From contig NIVC01001615.1 in assembly GCA_002269645.1 (NCBI GenBank), positions 62,001-126,000 of the forward strand: DNA of 64,000 nucleotides. Reading direction: 5' to 3'. Position 1 is the first letter of the stretch. Each line of letters begins with the position of its first letter. The notes under the pieces were generated by a model. It was not told the origin of the DNA and made no database searches. It was given only the letters and a program-made list of their open reading frames with translations. Below, piece after piece: positions 22,319-36,155 of the stretch. The position numbers were made by a program, and so were the translations under genes. The DNA is from Macrostomum lignano. Its lineage: Eukaryota.

Positions 22319-25300
22319 ATGTCTGGTCCAGTCACTGAGGACCAGGAGAAGCTGCTGGACGAGGCCCTGTCAGTGGTGAAGCTGCAGGCCTTCCAGATGA
22401 AGCGCTGCCTGGACAAGGCCAAGCTGATGGACGCGCTGAAGCATGCCAGCAATATGCTGGGCGAGCTGCGCACCTCGTTGCTGTCGCCAAAAAGCTACTA
22501 CGAGCTGTACATGCTCATCACTGACGAGATGCGCCACCTTGAGCTCTACCTGCTCGACGAGTTCCAGAAAGGTCGACGAGTTCAGGTAGGGGTAGAGTAG
22601 AGGCTTGGATTGAGAGCAGGTTCTGTGCGCATTGGGTTGAGAGCAGGTTCTGTGCGCATTGGGTTGAGAACAGGTTCTTTGCGCATTGGGTTGAGAACAG
22701 GTTCTGTGAGCATTGGGTTGAGAACGGGTTCTGTGAGCATTGGGTTGAGAGCAGGTTCTGTGAGCATTGGATTGAGAGCAGGTTCTGTGAGCATTGGGTT
22801 GAGAACACGTTCTGTGAGCATTGGGTTGAGAACAGGTTCTGTGAGCATTGGGTTGAGAACACGTTCTGTGAGCATTGGGTTGAGAACAGGTCCTGTGAGC
22901 ATTGGGTTGAGAGCAGGTTCTGTGAGCATTGGATTGAGAGCAGGTTCTGTGAGCATTGGGTTGAGAACACGTTCTGTGAGCATTGGGTTGAGAACAGGTC
23001 CTGTGAGCATTGGGTTGAGAACAGGTTCTGTGAGCATTGGGTTGAGAACAGGTTCTGTGAGCATTGGGTTGAGAACGGGTTCTGTGAGCATTGGGTTGAG
23101 AACACGTTCTGTGAGCATTGGGTTCAGAACAGGTTCTGTGAGCATTGGGTTGAGAACGGGTTCTGTGAGCATTGGGTTGAGAACAGGTTCTGTGAGCATT
23201 GGATTGAGAGCAGGTTCTGTGCGCATTAGGTTGAGAACAGGTTCTGTGAGCATTGGGTTGAGAACGGGTTCTGTGAGCATTGGATTGAGAGCAGGTTCTG
23301 TGCGCATTAGGTTGAGAACAGGTTCTGTGAGCATTGGGTTGAGAACAGGTTCTGTGAGCATTGGGTTGAGAACAGGTTCTGTGAGCATTGGGTTGAGAAC
23401 AGGTTCTGTGAGCATTGGGTTGAGAACAGGTTCTATGAGCATTGGGTTCAGAACAGGTTCTGAATCTGTGAGCATTGGGTTGAGAACAGGTTCTGTGAGC
23501 ATTGGGTTGAGAACAGGTTCTGTGAGCATTGGGTTGAGAACGGGTTCTGTGAGCATTGGGTTGAGAACAGGTTCTGAATCTGTGAGCATTGGGTTGAGAA
23601 CAGGTTCTATGAGCATTGGGTTGAGAACAGGTTCTGAATCTGTGAGCATTGGGTTGAGAACAGGCTTTATGAGCATGAGGTGCCGAGCCAAATCCTATAA
23701 CCTCGCCACCCTGGCCGCCAGGACCTGTACGAGCTGGTCCAGTACGCCGGCAACATCATCCCCCGCCTGTACCTGCTGATCACAGTGGGAGTTGTGTACA
23801 TCAAATGCTCCGAAATCTCTCGCAAAGACATCCTGAAGGACCTGGTGGAGATGTGCCGCGGCGTGCAGCACCCGCTGCGCGGCCTGTTTCTGCGCAACTA
23901 CCTGCTGCAGTGCACCAAGAACGTGCTGCCAGACTGCGTAGAAGAGGAACAGGAAGACTCCGGCTCCGTGTCTGACAGCATCGACTTTGTACTGTTAAAT
24001 TTCAGCGAGATGAACAAGCTGTGGGTGCGGATGCAGCATCAGGGCCACACGAGGGAACGGGATAGGCGAGAGCAGGAGCGGCGCGAACTCAAACTGCTGG
24101 TTGGCACCAACCTGGTGCGCCTGTCCCAGCTCGACACCATCGATGTGCAGCGCTATCGCTCTGTTGTGCTGCCCGCTGTGCTGGAGCAGGTGGGTTTGCG
24201 GCACTGCTGAGTCACCTTTGACATCCCCTGAGTCACCTCTGACATCCCCTGAATCACCTCTGACATCCCCTGAGTCACCTCTGACATCCCCTGAGTCACC
24301 TCTGACATCCCCTGAGTCACCTCTAACATCCCCTGAGTCACCTCTGTCACCGCCTGTCACTCCCCTAAGACAGCTTCTGTCACTCTCCCCTAGACAGCCT
24401 CTGTCACTCCCCCAAGACAGCCTCTGTCACTCCCCCAAGACATTCTCTTTCACTCCCCCCCAAGACAGCCTTGTCACTCCCCCAAGACAGCCTCTGTCAC
24501 TCCCCCAAGACAGTCTCTGTCACTCCCCCAAGACAGCCTCTGTCTTATCCCGAGCACAGCCTGAAGGGTGCTCAAGGTTCATTGCTCATTCTGGTGACAA
24601 AAGATAAAATATTCGATCTGCCCTTCCAATCCAGGTGGTGAACTGCAGGGATGCCCTCAGCCAAGACTACGTGATGGAGTGCATCATCCAGGTATTCCCG
24701 GACGAGTACCACCTGGCCACCCTGCAGGACTTTCTGCAGGCCTGCGCAGAGCTGAACCCGGCTGTGCCAGTCAAGAACATCCTCATCAGCCTCATCAACC
24801 GGCTGTCCGCCTTCGCCACCAGGGACGGCAGCAACGGCATCCCGTCCGACATTCCGCTGTTCGACTTCTTTAGCGAGCAGATCGCCAAGATTATCGAGGT
24901 GATTAGGAGATTAATTATAACTGATTGGCTGCTCATGTCCCCTTTGCCTACTTACAGTAGCAATGCTTAAATAAGTAATGAATTTTTTCCTTTGCAGAAC
25001 AAGCCAGACCTGTCCCCTGAGGATCTGGTCAGCCTGCAGGCGGCCCTGACAGGCCTAGCTCTAGGCGTCTACAAAGACCGCGAAGACTACGTTGACAAAG
25101 TGCTGGAGACCACCAACTCGGGCTTGGACAAGCTGGGCGTGGAGCAGTAAGCGTTTGCATTGTTGTTTTACCACCGCTGCTATTACGTAGCTCTTGGCAG
25201 GCTAGTAAACCATGGGGTCAAGCAGTTAAAAACTATTACTACTACTACTTCTAATGATACTTATACCATTACTACTAATACTACTACTACAACTATTGCT

Positions 25301-25350
25301 ATTACTGCTACTACAACTGCGACAACAACAACAACAACTACTACTAGTAT

Positions 25351-25403
<53 letters not shown>

Positions 25404-25422
25404 TTACTACTACTACTACTAT

Positions 25423-25517
<95 letters not shown>

Positions 25518-28500
25518 TTACTACTACTATTGCTATTGCTATAACTTCTGCTTTTACTACTACTAATAATACTACTACTACTGTTAATACTAATACTACT
25601 ACTGCTACTACTGCTGCTGATTCCACCCCACCACCAACCCCTCAGCATCAACGACCACTCGAATCTGTCCCGCGAGCTGATGAAGCTGCTCAAGCTGCCC
25701 ATCGACCTGTGGAACGACGCCCTGGTTCTGCTCCGACTCCGGCACTACTCGCCTCTGCTGCAGCGTCTCGATTCGCCGACTAAAAAGTCCGTGTCCGCCT
25801 ACCTGCTGCAGAACATGCTCAACAATGGCACCCTGGTGCCCAGCTCTGAGCAGGTCGAACAGCTGCTCGACCTCGTTCGCTGCCTGGTCGCAGATCCCGG
25901 CGCCGACGCCGCAGCAGCCGCCGCCGACGCAACCGCCACAAACAGCCTTGGCGGCGATCCCGGCGACGGTTCCGCCAACGGCGCCGGCCCGGGCAGCGAA
26001 GCGGACAACGAAGACTTGGCCGAGGAGCAGTCCCTGCTTGGCCGGGTTGTGCACCTCTTCAGCACCGGCCCGGATCTGCTTGATGAGCAGTTCGGCGTGC
26101 TCAAAACTGCCCGACGGATTCTGGCCACCGGCGGAGGTCGGCGAGTGAAGTACACCCTGCCCCCGGTGGTGTACCAGGCCTACCAGCTGGCTATCAGGTG
26201 TGCTGCTGGTGATCCACTTCCCTATCGCAAGCTGGTGACCCACCTCCCCATCACAAGCTGGAACCCGTGACCCACTTTCCCATCACAAGCTGGAATCCGT
26301 GACCCACCTCCCCATCACAAGCTGGAATCCGTGACCCACCTCCCCATCACAAGCTGGAACCCGTGACCCACTTTCCCATCACAAGCTAATGACCCACTTC
26401 CCCATCACAAGCTGGAATCCGTGACCCACCTCCCCATCACAAGCTGGAACCCGTGACCCACTTTCCCATCACAAGCTAATGACCCACTTCCCCATCACAA
26501 GCTGGAACCCGTGACCCACTTCCCCATCACAAGCTGGAACCCGTGACCCACTCCCCCATCACAAGGTGGAACCCGTGACCCACTTCCCCATCACAAGCTG
26601 GAACCCGTGACCCACTTCCCCATCACAAGCTGTAACCCGTGACCCACTCCCCCATCACAAGGTGGAACCCGTGACCCACTTCCCCATCACAAGCTGGTGA
26701 CCCACTTCCCCATCACAAGCTGGAACCCGTGACCCACTTCCCCATCACAAGCTAGAACCCGTGACCCACTTCCCCATCACAAGCTAATGACCCACTTCCC
26801 CATCACAAGGTGGAACCCGTGACCCACTTCCCCATCACAAGCTGGTGACCCACTTCCCCATCACAAGCTGGAACCCGTGACCCACTTCCCCATCACAAGG
26901 TGTAACCCGTGACCCACTTCCCCATCACAAGCTAATGACCCACTTCCCCATCACAAGGTGTAACCCGTGACCCACTTCCCCATCACAATCTGGAACCCGT
27001 GACCCACTTCCCCATCACAAGCTAGAACCCGTGACCCACTTCCCCATCACAAGCTAATGACCCACTTCCCCATCACAAGGTGGAACCCGTGACCCACTTC
27101 CCCATCACAAGCTGGTGACCCACTTCCCCATCACAAGCTGGAACCCGTGACCCACTTCCCCATCACAAGCTAATGACCCACTTCCCCATCACAAGGTGGA
27201 ACCCGTGACCCACTTCCCCATCACAAGCTAATGACCCACTTCCCCATCACAAGCTGGTGACCCACTTCCCCATCACAAGCTGGAACCCGTGACCCACTTC
27301 CCCATCACAAGCTAGAACCCGTGACCCACTTCCCCATCACAAGCTAGAACCCGTGACCCACTTCCCCATCACAAGCTGGAACCCGTGACCCACTTCCCTG
27401 CGCAAATTCCACTCCCCAAGATCGAATCCCCTCCCCCTCCTTGCAGGTTCCACAGCCGGCAGGACAGCGACGACAAGTGGCGCAAGAAGTGCCGCAAAAT
27501 ATTCGAGTTCTGCCACAGCACCGTGTGCGGCCTGGCCAAGTGCGAGCTGCCCAACTTGGCTCTGCGCCTGTTCGTTGACGGCGCCCTGGTGGTCGATAAA
27601 ATACCGTTTGATCAGCACGACACAGTGGCCTACGAATTCCTGTCTCAGGCCTTCAGCCTCTATGAGGAAGAGATCTCGGATTCTAAGGTGAGTAGTGTGC
27701 TCAGGTAGACTGTGGGAGTAACTGTGTCTGATTTATTACAAGTGCCTTGCCATCTAATTAGACAATTGGAGTGATTTTTAGTACCTAAACACGTACGTCT
27801 TCAATTCTTAACTGTCCTCTACCTACTGTAGACACATTCCATCCAGTCCAGACACATTCCATCCAGTCCAGACACATTCCATCTACCCCAGACCCCAGAC
27901 ACATTCCATCTACCCCAGACCCCAGACACATTCCATCTACCCCAGACCCCAGACACATTCCATCTACCCCAGACCCCAGACACATTCCATCCAGTCCAGA
28001 CACATTCCATCTACCCCAGACACATTCCATCTACCCCAGACACATTCCATCCAGTCCAGACACATTCCATCTACCCCAGACACATTCCATCTACCCCAGA
28101 CACATTCCATCTACCCCAGACACATTCCATCTACCCCAGACACATTCCATCTACCCCAGACCCCAGACACATTCCATCTAGTCCAGACACATTCCATCTA
28201 CCCCAGACCCCAGACACATTCCATCTACCCCAGACCCCAGACACATTCCATCTACCCCAGACCCCAGACACATTCCATCTACCCCAGACACATTCCATCT
28301 ACCCCAGACCCCAGACACATTCCATCTAGTCCAGACCCCAGACACATTCCATCCAGTCCAGACACATTCCATCCACCGCAGACACATTCCATCTACCCCA
28401 GACACATTCCATCTAACCCCAGACATATTCTATCTATCCCAGACACATTCCATCTACCCCATACACATTCCATCTACCCCAGACACATTCCATCTACCCC

Positions 28501-31144
28501 AGACACATTCCATCTACCCCAGACATATTCTATCTACCCCAGACACATTCCATCTACCCCAGACACATTCCATCTATCCCAGACACATTCCAATCACCGC
28601 AGACACATTGCATCCACTCTAGACACATTCCATTTACCCCAGACACATTCCATCTTCCCCAGAGGCATTCCATCTACCCCAGACACATTCCAACCACCCC
28701 AGACACATCCCATCTACCCCAGACACATCCCATCTACCCCAGACACATTCCATCTACCGCAGACACATTCCAGTCTAAACTCCAGTGCATTTGGACCGTA
28801 GTGTTATTAACTTTTTGAGTAAACGGCGAGAGTAACTATCCGTACATTTATTTACACCAATGCCTCGTCATCTAATTAGTATTGAATGTGGATTTCTTAT
28901 TGCGGCAGGCCCAGCTGGCTGCCATCACCCTGCTCACTGGCGCCCTGCAGCGCATGACCTGCTTCGCCGCCGAAAATCACGAGCCGCTTCGCTCCCAGAC
29001 GGTGCACGCCGCCTCTAAGCTGTTGCGCAAACCCGACCAGAGCCGCGCCGTGGCCGCCTGCGCCCACCTGTTCTGGAGCGGCCGGCCGCGCGAACTGCAA
29101 GGCGCCGAGATGCGCGACTTGAAAAAAGTCGGCGAATGCCTGAAACGGGCCGGCAGGCTGGCCAGTCAGTGCATGGACGCCGGACTGCAGGCCCAGCTGT
29201 ACACGGAGCTGGTCAACTACTATCTGTACTTTGTGCTGCAGTCCGCTGGTCAGTCTGGCAGCTCTGGTGCCGCTTGTGTCCGCAGTGTCTGGAGTGTGTC
29301 TGGTGTGGTTTGAACGTGTCTTTCGCAGTTATAACGTGTTTAGAGCAGTTGGAATGTGTTTTTAGCAGTTAGAATGTGTCTGGAGCAGTTGGAGTGTATC
29401 TGGAGCAGTTGGAGTATTCTGGAGCAGTTGGAGTGTGTCTGGAGCAGTTGGAGTGTATCTGGAGCAGTTGGAGTATTCTGGAGCAGTTGGAGTGTGTCTG
29501 GAGCAGTTGGAATGTGTCTGGAGCAGTTGGAGTGTGTCTGGAGCAGTTGGAATGTGTCTGGAGCAGTTGGAATGTGTTTAGAGCAGTTGGAGTGTGTCTA
29601 GAGCAGTTGGAGTGTGTCTGGAGCAGTTGGAGTGTGTCTAGAGCAGTTGGAATGTGTCTGGAGCAGTTGGAATGTGTCTAGAGCAGTTGGAATGTGTCTG
29701 GAGCAGTTGGAGTGTGTCTGGAGCAGTTGGAGTGTGTCTGGAGCAGTTGAAGTGTGTCTGGAGCAGTTGGAATGTTTCTGGAGCAGTTGGAGTGTGTCTG
29801 GAGCAGTTGGAGTGTGTCTAGAGCAGTTGGAATGTGTCTGGAGCAGTTGGAATGTGTCTAAAGCAGTTGGAATGTGTCTAGAGCAGTTGGAGTGTGTCTA
29901 GAGCAGTTGGAGTGTGTCTGGAGCAGTTGGAATGTGTCTGGAGCAGTTGGAGTGTGTCTGGAGCAGTTGGAATGTGTCTGGAGCAGTTGGAATGTGTCTG
30001 GAGCAGTTGGAGTGTGTTTGGAGCAGTTAGAGTGTGTCTGGAGCAGTTGGAGTGTGTCTAGAGCAGTTGGAGTGTGTCTGGAGCAGTTGGAGTGTGTCTG
30101 GAGCAGTTGGAATGTGTCTGGAGCAGTTGGAGTGTGTCTGGAGCAGTTGGAGTGTGTCTGGAGCAGTTGGAATGTGTCTAAAGCAGTTGGAATGTGTCTG
30201 GAGCAGTTGGAGTGTGTCTGGAGCAGTTGGAATGTGTCTGGAGCAGTTGGAGTGTGTCTGGAGCAGTTGGAGTGTGTCTGGAGCAGTTGGAGTGTGTCTG
30301 GAGCAGTTGGAGTGTGTCTGGAGCAGTTGGAGTGTGTCTAGAGCAGTTGGAGTGTATCTGGAGCAGTTGGAGTATTCTGGAGCAGTTGGAATGTGTCTAG
30401 AGCAGTTGGAATGTGTCTGGAGCAGTTGGAGTGTCTGGAGCAGTTGGAGTGTGTCTGGAGCAGTTGGAATGTGTCTGGAGCAGTTGGAGTGTGTCTGGAG
30501 CAGTTGGAATGTGTCTGGAGCAGTTGGAGTGTCTGGAGCAGTTGGAGTGTGTCTGGAGCAGTTGGAATGTGTCTGGAGCAGTTGGAATGTGTCTAAAGCA
30601 GTTGGAGTGTGTCTGGAGCAGTTGGAATGTGTCTGGAGCAGTTGGAGTGTGTCTGGAGCAGTTGGAGTGTGTCTAAAGCAGTTGGAGTGTGTCTGGAGCA
30701 GTTGGAGTGTGTCTGGAGCAGTTGGAGTGTGTCTAAAGCAGTTGGAGTGTGTCTGGAGCAGTTGGAGTGTGTCTGGAGCAGTTGGAGTGTGTCTAAAGCA
30801 GTTGGAGTGTGTCTGGAGCAGTTGGAGTGTGTCTGGAGCAGTTGGAGTACATCCGTTGTGGCCAGCAAATGTTTTTTCTCAAATAGAAATTGCTGCAGTT
30901 GCATTGCAACTTAATCGCCGCACCCCATATTTGGTTGCCAGGCAGCAACCTGGACGTGTCCCAGCTGAGCAGCACAGCTGGGCAGCTGCTGGCCAAAATC
31001 CGCGAGCTTCTATCCGGCCTGGAGCCCAGCGCGGACTCCGAGCACATTCACAAGCACTTCGAAGCCACTGTTGAATTCGCCCGCAGTCAGAGCGCCTCAG
31101 GCGATGCCACGATTGCGGGACTGCTGGCCCAGCTGGAGCTCTGA
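22319..31144 (+). CDS. VPS35: Vacuolar protein sorting 35 (retromer core subunit), 8 exons
   Basis: Exons 22319-22585, 23722-24189, 24635-24898, 24998-25146, 25646-26197, 27447-27687, 28909-29248, 30942-31144, with GT-AG introns and matching phases. [46 protein letters not shown] and FPDEYHL are hallmark VPS35 sequences. Confidence 0.96.
22605..23680. repeat. Minisatellite, 27-bp unit GAGCATTGGGTTGAGAACAGGTTCTGT (VPS35 intron 1)
   Basis: Tandem copies fill the intron. Confidence 0.95.
24205..24545. repeat. Two adjacent minisatellites (21-bp GAGTCACCTCTGACATCCCCT; ~22-bp CACTCCCCAAGACAGCCTCTGT) in VPS35 intron 2
   Basis: Tandem copies visible. Confidence 0.9.
25230..25620. repeat. (TAC)n microsatellite (VPS35 intron 4)
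   Basis: Long TAC trinucleotide run with TAT/ACA variants. Confidence 0.95.
26215..27400. repeat. Minisatellite, 32-bp unit GTGACCCACTTCCCCATCACAAGCTGGAACCC with 26-bp variants (VPS35 intron 5)
   Basis: Tandem copies fill the intron. Confidence 0.95.
27825..28770. repeat. Minisatellite, 20-bp unit CCCCAGACACATTCCATCTA with 26-bp variants (VPS35 intron 6)
   Basis: Tandem copies visible. Confidence 0.95.
29330..30850. repeat. Minisatellite, 20-bp unit GAGCAGTTGGAGTGTGTCTG (VPS35 intron 7)
   Basis: About 75 tandem copies. Confidence 0.96.
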
Positions 31145-31647
31145 GCTGGGCTGGCCGATGCCGGAGAGCTCCGCGCCGCACTCTGTAACCATAGAAACTG
31201 TTGCGGTGTTCTTCTGATCGACTATATATAGATAATGAACTATACTTAGTGCTTGGGCTTATATCAAGTTATTCAAGTCTTTGTTGCGTTTTTTGTCGGT
31301 TTGGTTAGCGACTGCAAATTCTCAGAATTGTCCTGTCTGGTTTATTTATTGAACTGTAATTCTCTGTGTCAGCCGCAGGTCTGGCAGATCTATGAGCTAG
31401 TACCGGATTAGCCTGTCCTATACTGATTCATTTTTTAATAATTCATTTTTGCTCTATTGGCTGCAGAAATTAGCTATGATTTGAACTCGACCTGTCTCTG
31501 TGCAACCGTGCAAATCGCTGCATAATAAATCTTGTTTCAGTTCATGTAAATGAGTAGCACCACCCGCATTGGAACCGCTGAGATTTGAAATTCTGTCACC
31601 GGTGCAGAGCTTCAGCCCGAAACCTGATTTCAGCCCTGTTGGATTAC

Positions 31648-32312
<665 letters not shown>

Positions 32313-33379
32313 GGAATATTCTAGCGCGAAATTTTTTAAAGAAAACGTCAGTCAGTTATTAGTCTGTCGTCAGGCCCTTATAATTTAATGTGTTGTGGTT
32401 GAGTAACAATAATAATTATAATAATTAATGGTACTGACACAATATGCTCTCGCTCGTAATTTAATCCAGATAAATTTAATTCGCTTTACTTCGTTGTTCA
32501 ATTGCTCATCGATTTCCCTCACTAATGTGACTACTACTAGCTAAAGTACATGATTGATAATTAGTACTACCGCAGCGTGTTGATCCATCATCAAATGAAA
32601 AGCTCTATTTTTCTTTAAAAACAACAGTTTAAACAAATTTGAATTTTGACTCTTACTAAATTCTGCACAGATGTTGTACTCAATAATGCAAGATTAAACA
32701 ATATTTACGGAAAGCAATGTTGGTCAATTTTTGTTTTCAATAATCCAGCGATTGCTGTTTATTATTCGTTATAATATTCAATCTACCAACAAGGCATGCC
32801 GATTTTGTTCAGTTCTTATTCTATTGCTTGTTATTGACGGTTAAATATGTTGTCTCTCACACCTCTATATGAAATATAAAGTTGACTATTATAGACTAAG
32901 TTTGATTGCTGCCTGATTCATTTTGCTGATTGTCTCGCATAGAATATTTTATATTGCCAAATTTAGTCTTTGTTTTATTTTGTTCCGCGATAGAAAATTC
33001 TCGAAATGTAGAAGATCGTAGGTTTTATTTTACCCGACTTGAGCTTGAAGTTAAACTACGAGCTAAAAAACTAAACTTTTTACGTAGTAAGTAGACAGTA
33101 GTCCTGTTTAGCTAACAGATTTAGCTAATGGTAATACATTTATGGGCTATACATGTATATTAAATTTCACAAGATTATATACAGTAATTGTAAGAATAAT
33201 AAAGAGTAAATAATAGAACATTGTGTGATAAAAAATATTCGTATACCGCTATTTGAAATTTGAAATTTGACATTTTAATATTAAACAGGAAAAAACATTT
33301 GTTGTTTTCTTAAAGCTATTTTTGATGACGCATTTCAGCTCCAACTCTAAAGTCGTTAGATTAAAGTCGTCTGTGTAAG

Positions 33380-33575
33380 GCAGACAGGCAGACAGACAGG
33401 CACTAAGACAGACATACCACAGAATATACTGTGTAATATATTCTGCGCAGACTTACACTAGGACAGACGGACAGACAGACACTAAGACAGACGGACAGAC
33501 ACACTAAGACAGACACACTAAGACAGACGGACAGACAGACAGACAGGCTCTAAGACACAGGCAGATAGACAGAGA
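33380..33575. repeat. Degenerate (GACA)n-rich repeat
   Basis: GACAGACAGACACTAAGACA-type units. Confidence 0.75.
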
Positions 33576-33822
33576 CCGAACTTTAGTACCGTGCGCCTCA
33601 TCTGAAATACCCTCGGAAACATTAAAAAGTTTCGCACTTGTATGTACATGTACCACAGGAGGGCCATAGCTGGAGGCTGGCCCTTAATGGCACCTAGCTA
33701 GGGTACCCCTAAGGAATCTAGTGACAACCCCCTAGGTAACCCCTAGCTAGCCACTAATTGTAGCCCCTAGGGGCCCCCTAGGCAATTTTCAAGTGGGAAG
33801 GATCAAAAGCCACTGCAGATAA

Positions 33823-34452
33823 ATGAATGTGCTGCATTACTTCGAGTTCTTCAGCTGCTAAAACTGGGCTGCCAAAAAAGCGGCAGTGCTACGAATTTTA
33901 TGAGATCTACAAGGAATTGTTCCGCAGCATGAACTTAACGTGTCTTTGTACCGCTTCGACAGCCAGGGCGTGCTGCTGCCACTCATGCGGCTCTCTAAGA
34001 ACGAGGAGAACTGGACTTACCGAGTAGCAGCCGGCAGGGCTTGGATCCGCAGCAGTCGGTGGTGGCGGCAGCCACCGGTGCGCAACGGCATGGCTGGCCT
34101 ACCGAGCACCATGCGTTACTTTCAGCACCTCAGAGCTCTGTTCAATGAGTCCTGGGTGGTGATGGTGGAAAACGAATCGACGGACTTGACCCGCAGCTTC
34201 CTGTACCACATGACGCTGACCGATTCCAACATGTGGCTGCTGGGCTGCGGCTGGATCAACTCTCCGCTGCCGTGCAGGACCAACTACCGACACAGCACCG
34301 GGTGCGAGCACTGGCCTGGTCCGTACCACTACCGCAGCTTCGCGGAGGAGTTTGTTTGGTTGGTAGCTAGTTGGTTGGTAGCTAGGCGAAGCTCCCGCTT
34401 TCCCACTGCCTGTAGCTTATTTCCTCAATGCGGATGCTCACCTTCTACGTGA
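33823..34452 (+). pseudogene. Probable pseudogene or orphan exon of unknown family
   Basis: GC-rich island with G/C-ending codons. The frame from ATG 33823 (MNVLHYFEFFSC*NWAAKKAAVLRIL*DLQG...SLYRFDSQGVLLPL...GCGW) has in-frame stops at 33859 and 33901 and is then open to 34452. No recognisable domain. Confidence 0.4.
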
Positions 34453-35493
34453 AATTTCGTTACAGTATGGAACTGTAACTGTAGCACCGATTTGAAACGG
34501 CCTCAGGAAACAAAAGAGCAAAATCAAAACTCTGTTTCAACCTCCTCAGTTGCTTAATTGCACTACGGAATTACAAACTTCCCTTTTGACAACTAATTCT
34601 GTTTTAAAAGTTAAGCAGTGTGCACAGTTCCTTTTCTTAAGTCTCTAATAAGATTTGCATGGAACAGTAGTTAATGAAGTCCCATTATTCAGCATTAACT
34701 TTGTTTTAACTACCATGTATTTCTAAGGAATTTTGCAGAAAGTTTAAGTTCAGATAAATTTACTTGCCCGATGGCCGGTCTGGTACTGGTCTGGCCCGTT
34801 AGCGTTAACGTCCCGCCTGTGGTCTGATTAGTCTGGAGCTGAGTGCGATTTTCATCCATGTCACAACTCGCAGGTTGTGTAAAATGTTTGCGTCATCTTG
34901 ATGCATACTGTCTAGCCTATAAACAAATGAAGACGTGAAGTCAGCTTTTCGAATTTAACCTATTTGTCATAAAGCAGATTGCAGAATAACCATACCGCTA
35001 ATTTGTCCAGTCACTGCACAAATAAAAACTGTCTTGTCATATTAATGCCACCTGAATCATGTGTAAAGAGTAGATCTAGTCATCTATTAATATGGAGTTA
35101 TATATATAGGCCTATAAGTAACAAAAGTCATGCTCTAGGCCTAACATGTAGCCTGTTTACACTGTACATGGTCCATCGTCCATGGATGATGGATATTGAG
35201 ACTTATACTATTGTTAGGCTTAGGTAGGGACTCCAGTGAGATTTTGAGAATGATTCTTTTTTTATAATTTTTCATTATTATCCATTTGATTAATCTCATT
35301 TGCCTTAAAAAATCCTTTAATTTTGAAAAAAAATTGGTGAATTCTCAAGAGTCAAGCAAACTATTCAAATTCAAATATAAGTTTTAACAGTATTTTGTCA
35401 AATGGAAAATTACAGATTTTTGCATTTTTTTTCAAAAAGTTGTAGTACATGGTGTGAACAAACTTTTTTCATAGTAATAGGCCTAGTTCCAAT

Positions 35494-36155
35494 GGTGCGC
35501 GGTCATTTCGTCTGCCGCCTTTTCGTCTGCCGGCAGACGAAACGACTTTTTAAAATAAGTAGCAAAATAAGTTTTATAAATGGCTGAAATTAATTTATAG
35601 TTTATTTTTAATACTTATAATTTACTAGTAATTTTCAGATTTAGAATTAGATGTAGTCTTTGCATTTTTTATTTTGCTTATCGCAATGTTTCCAAGAAAT
35701 ACAATTATTCGTATATAAGCTTTAATTGAATCTACGTAGTGAGCTATGTAAAAATGGGATTTATAATTTGTGCGCGTGTAACTTACTTATAATAAGTAAA
35801 ATAATTCCAACTCGACTGATTGCTTTTGAGCTTTGAAGCTTTGAGACGGTTAAGAGATAGTATGGCGTCTGCCATATCATGACGAAAATGCATTGAATTC
35901 GTTCAATTGCGTAGTTAAATATATATAAACAAAAATATTCAGAAATTACTCGTTTAAGTCATTACTACTAAGAAATGATCCGATATCTTAATCACTGTTA
36001 TCTTAAATATCTCAAATCTCAAATTAATGACAACAACTGACATATTTACACTTATTAAAACTTTACTATTCGTTGGCAGACGAAACGACTGTATCGTATT
36101 CTTGCAGACGAAAGGGTGGCAGACGAACTGGCGGCAGACGAAACGACCGTCAACC
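35494..36155. mobile_element. Non-autonomous DNA transposon (MITE), 662 bp, imperfect ~38-bp TIRs, 8-bp TSD GTTCCAAT
   Basis: Left end GGTGCGCGGTCATTTCGTCTGCCGCC; right end reverse-complements to GGTTGACGGTCGTTTCGTCTGCCGCC. GTTCCAAT lies at 35486-35493 and 36156-36163, and an empty paralogous site is at 37377-37384. Confidence 0.85.

Noticed and set aside
22518-23779. ORFs of 195-389 aa (EPVLNPMLT and GSVSIGLRT repeats)
   Set aside because: Translation of the 27-bp array in VPS35 intron 1. The same applies to repeat ORFs at 1965-2600, 29356-31074, 31569-32388, 40521-41986, 45325-46650 and 51057-52245.
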